From Mobula birostris (taxonomy: Eukaryota): a stretch of 64,000 nucleotides of DNA. The position numbers and the translations under genes are program-made. The stretch's first letter is position 1, and the number at the start of each line of letters is the position of its first letter. Below are positions 63,218-64,000 of this stretch, one piece after another. The DNA is taken from contig NC_092382.1 in the NCBI RefSeq assembly GCF_030028105.1, positions 39,402,246 through 39,466,245 on the forward strand. The letters are read 5' to 3'. The notes below the pieces were generated by a model. That model did no database searches. It saw only the letters and a program-made list of their open reading frames with translations, and was not told where the DNA came from.

Positions 63218-64000
63218 TACTTTATACTTTATACTTTATTGTCGCCAGACTATTGATACCAGAACGTACAATCATCACAGAGATATTTGATTCTGCACTT
63301 CCTGCTCCCTGGAGTACAAATCGATAGTAAATATTAAAAATTTAAATTATAAACCATAAATAGAAAATAGAAAATGATAAGTAAGGTAGTGCAAAAAAAA
63401 AGAAAAAAAAAACAAGAGGCAGGTCCAGATATTTGGAGGGTCCGGCCCAGATCCGGGTCAGGATCCGTTCAGCAGTCTTATCACAGTTGGAAAGAAGCTG
63501 TTCCCAAATCTGGCCAGACGAGTCTTCAAGCTCCTGAGCCTTCTCCCGGAGGGAAGAGAGACGAAAAGCGTGCGGTGTAAAGTGAGTCCACGGACGGAAG
63601 ATTGGTTTGTGTGATGTGCTGTGCCGTGTTCCCGATCTTCTGCAGCTTCTTTCGGTTTTGGACAGGACAACTTCCATACCAGGTTGTGATGCACCCTAGG
63701 AGAATACTTTCTACCGTCATCTATAAAAAAAAATGAAGATTTTAGGGGACAGGCCAAATTTCTTTAGCTTTTTCAGGAAGTAAAGGCACTGGTGGGGCTT
63801 CTTGGCAGTGGACTCTGCTTGGCTGGACCAAGTCAGGTCATTTGTGATATTGACCCCGAGGAACTTAAAGCTTTTGACCTGTTCCACTTGCACACTACCA
63901 ATGTAAATTGGGTCGTGCGGTCCGCTACTCCTTCTGAAGTCAACAACCAATTCCTTCGTCTTGCTGACGTTGAGGGATAGATTATTGTCTTCGCACCATG
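63218..64000 (-). mobile_element. Rex1/Babar-type LINE 3' portion (part of the inverted duplicated block)
   Basis: Reverse complement of ~46485-47326. Motifs FKFLGVNIT and ESILLGCITTWYG. Confidence 0.88.

Overview
Eukaryotic, repeat-rich vertebrate DNA, most likely a cartilaginous fish (ray). That assignment is an inference from the CR1, Rex1/Babar, Penelope and R4 repeat mix and the style of the zinc-finger gene. The main host genes are four intact, paralogous two-exon class A GPCR genes (GPR139/GPR142/FMRFamide-receptor-like orphan type). Each has a 70-nt coding exon 1, a ~1.4-kb phase-1 intron, a 905-nt exon 2 and a 324-aa product. Three lie on the minus strand and one on the plus strand as part of an inverted segmental duplication. 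Their intracellular loops are nearly invariant while predicted pocket and ECL2 residues are diversified. The window also holds a C2H2 zinc-finger array with a premature stop, a deleted endogenous retrovirus (LTR, tRNA-Ser PBS, gag, IN C-terminus, gamma-type env), a truncated Gypsy element with PNMA-like gag, many CR1 and Rex1/Babar LINE remnants, an R4/Dong remnant, a tRNA-derived SINE, Penelope-like elements carrying minimal hammerhead ribozyme motifs, microsatellites and four assembly gaps. Repeat boundaries are approximate, read by eye.
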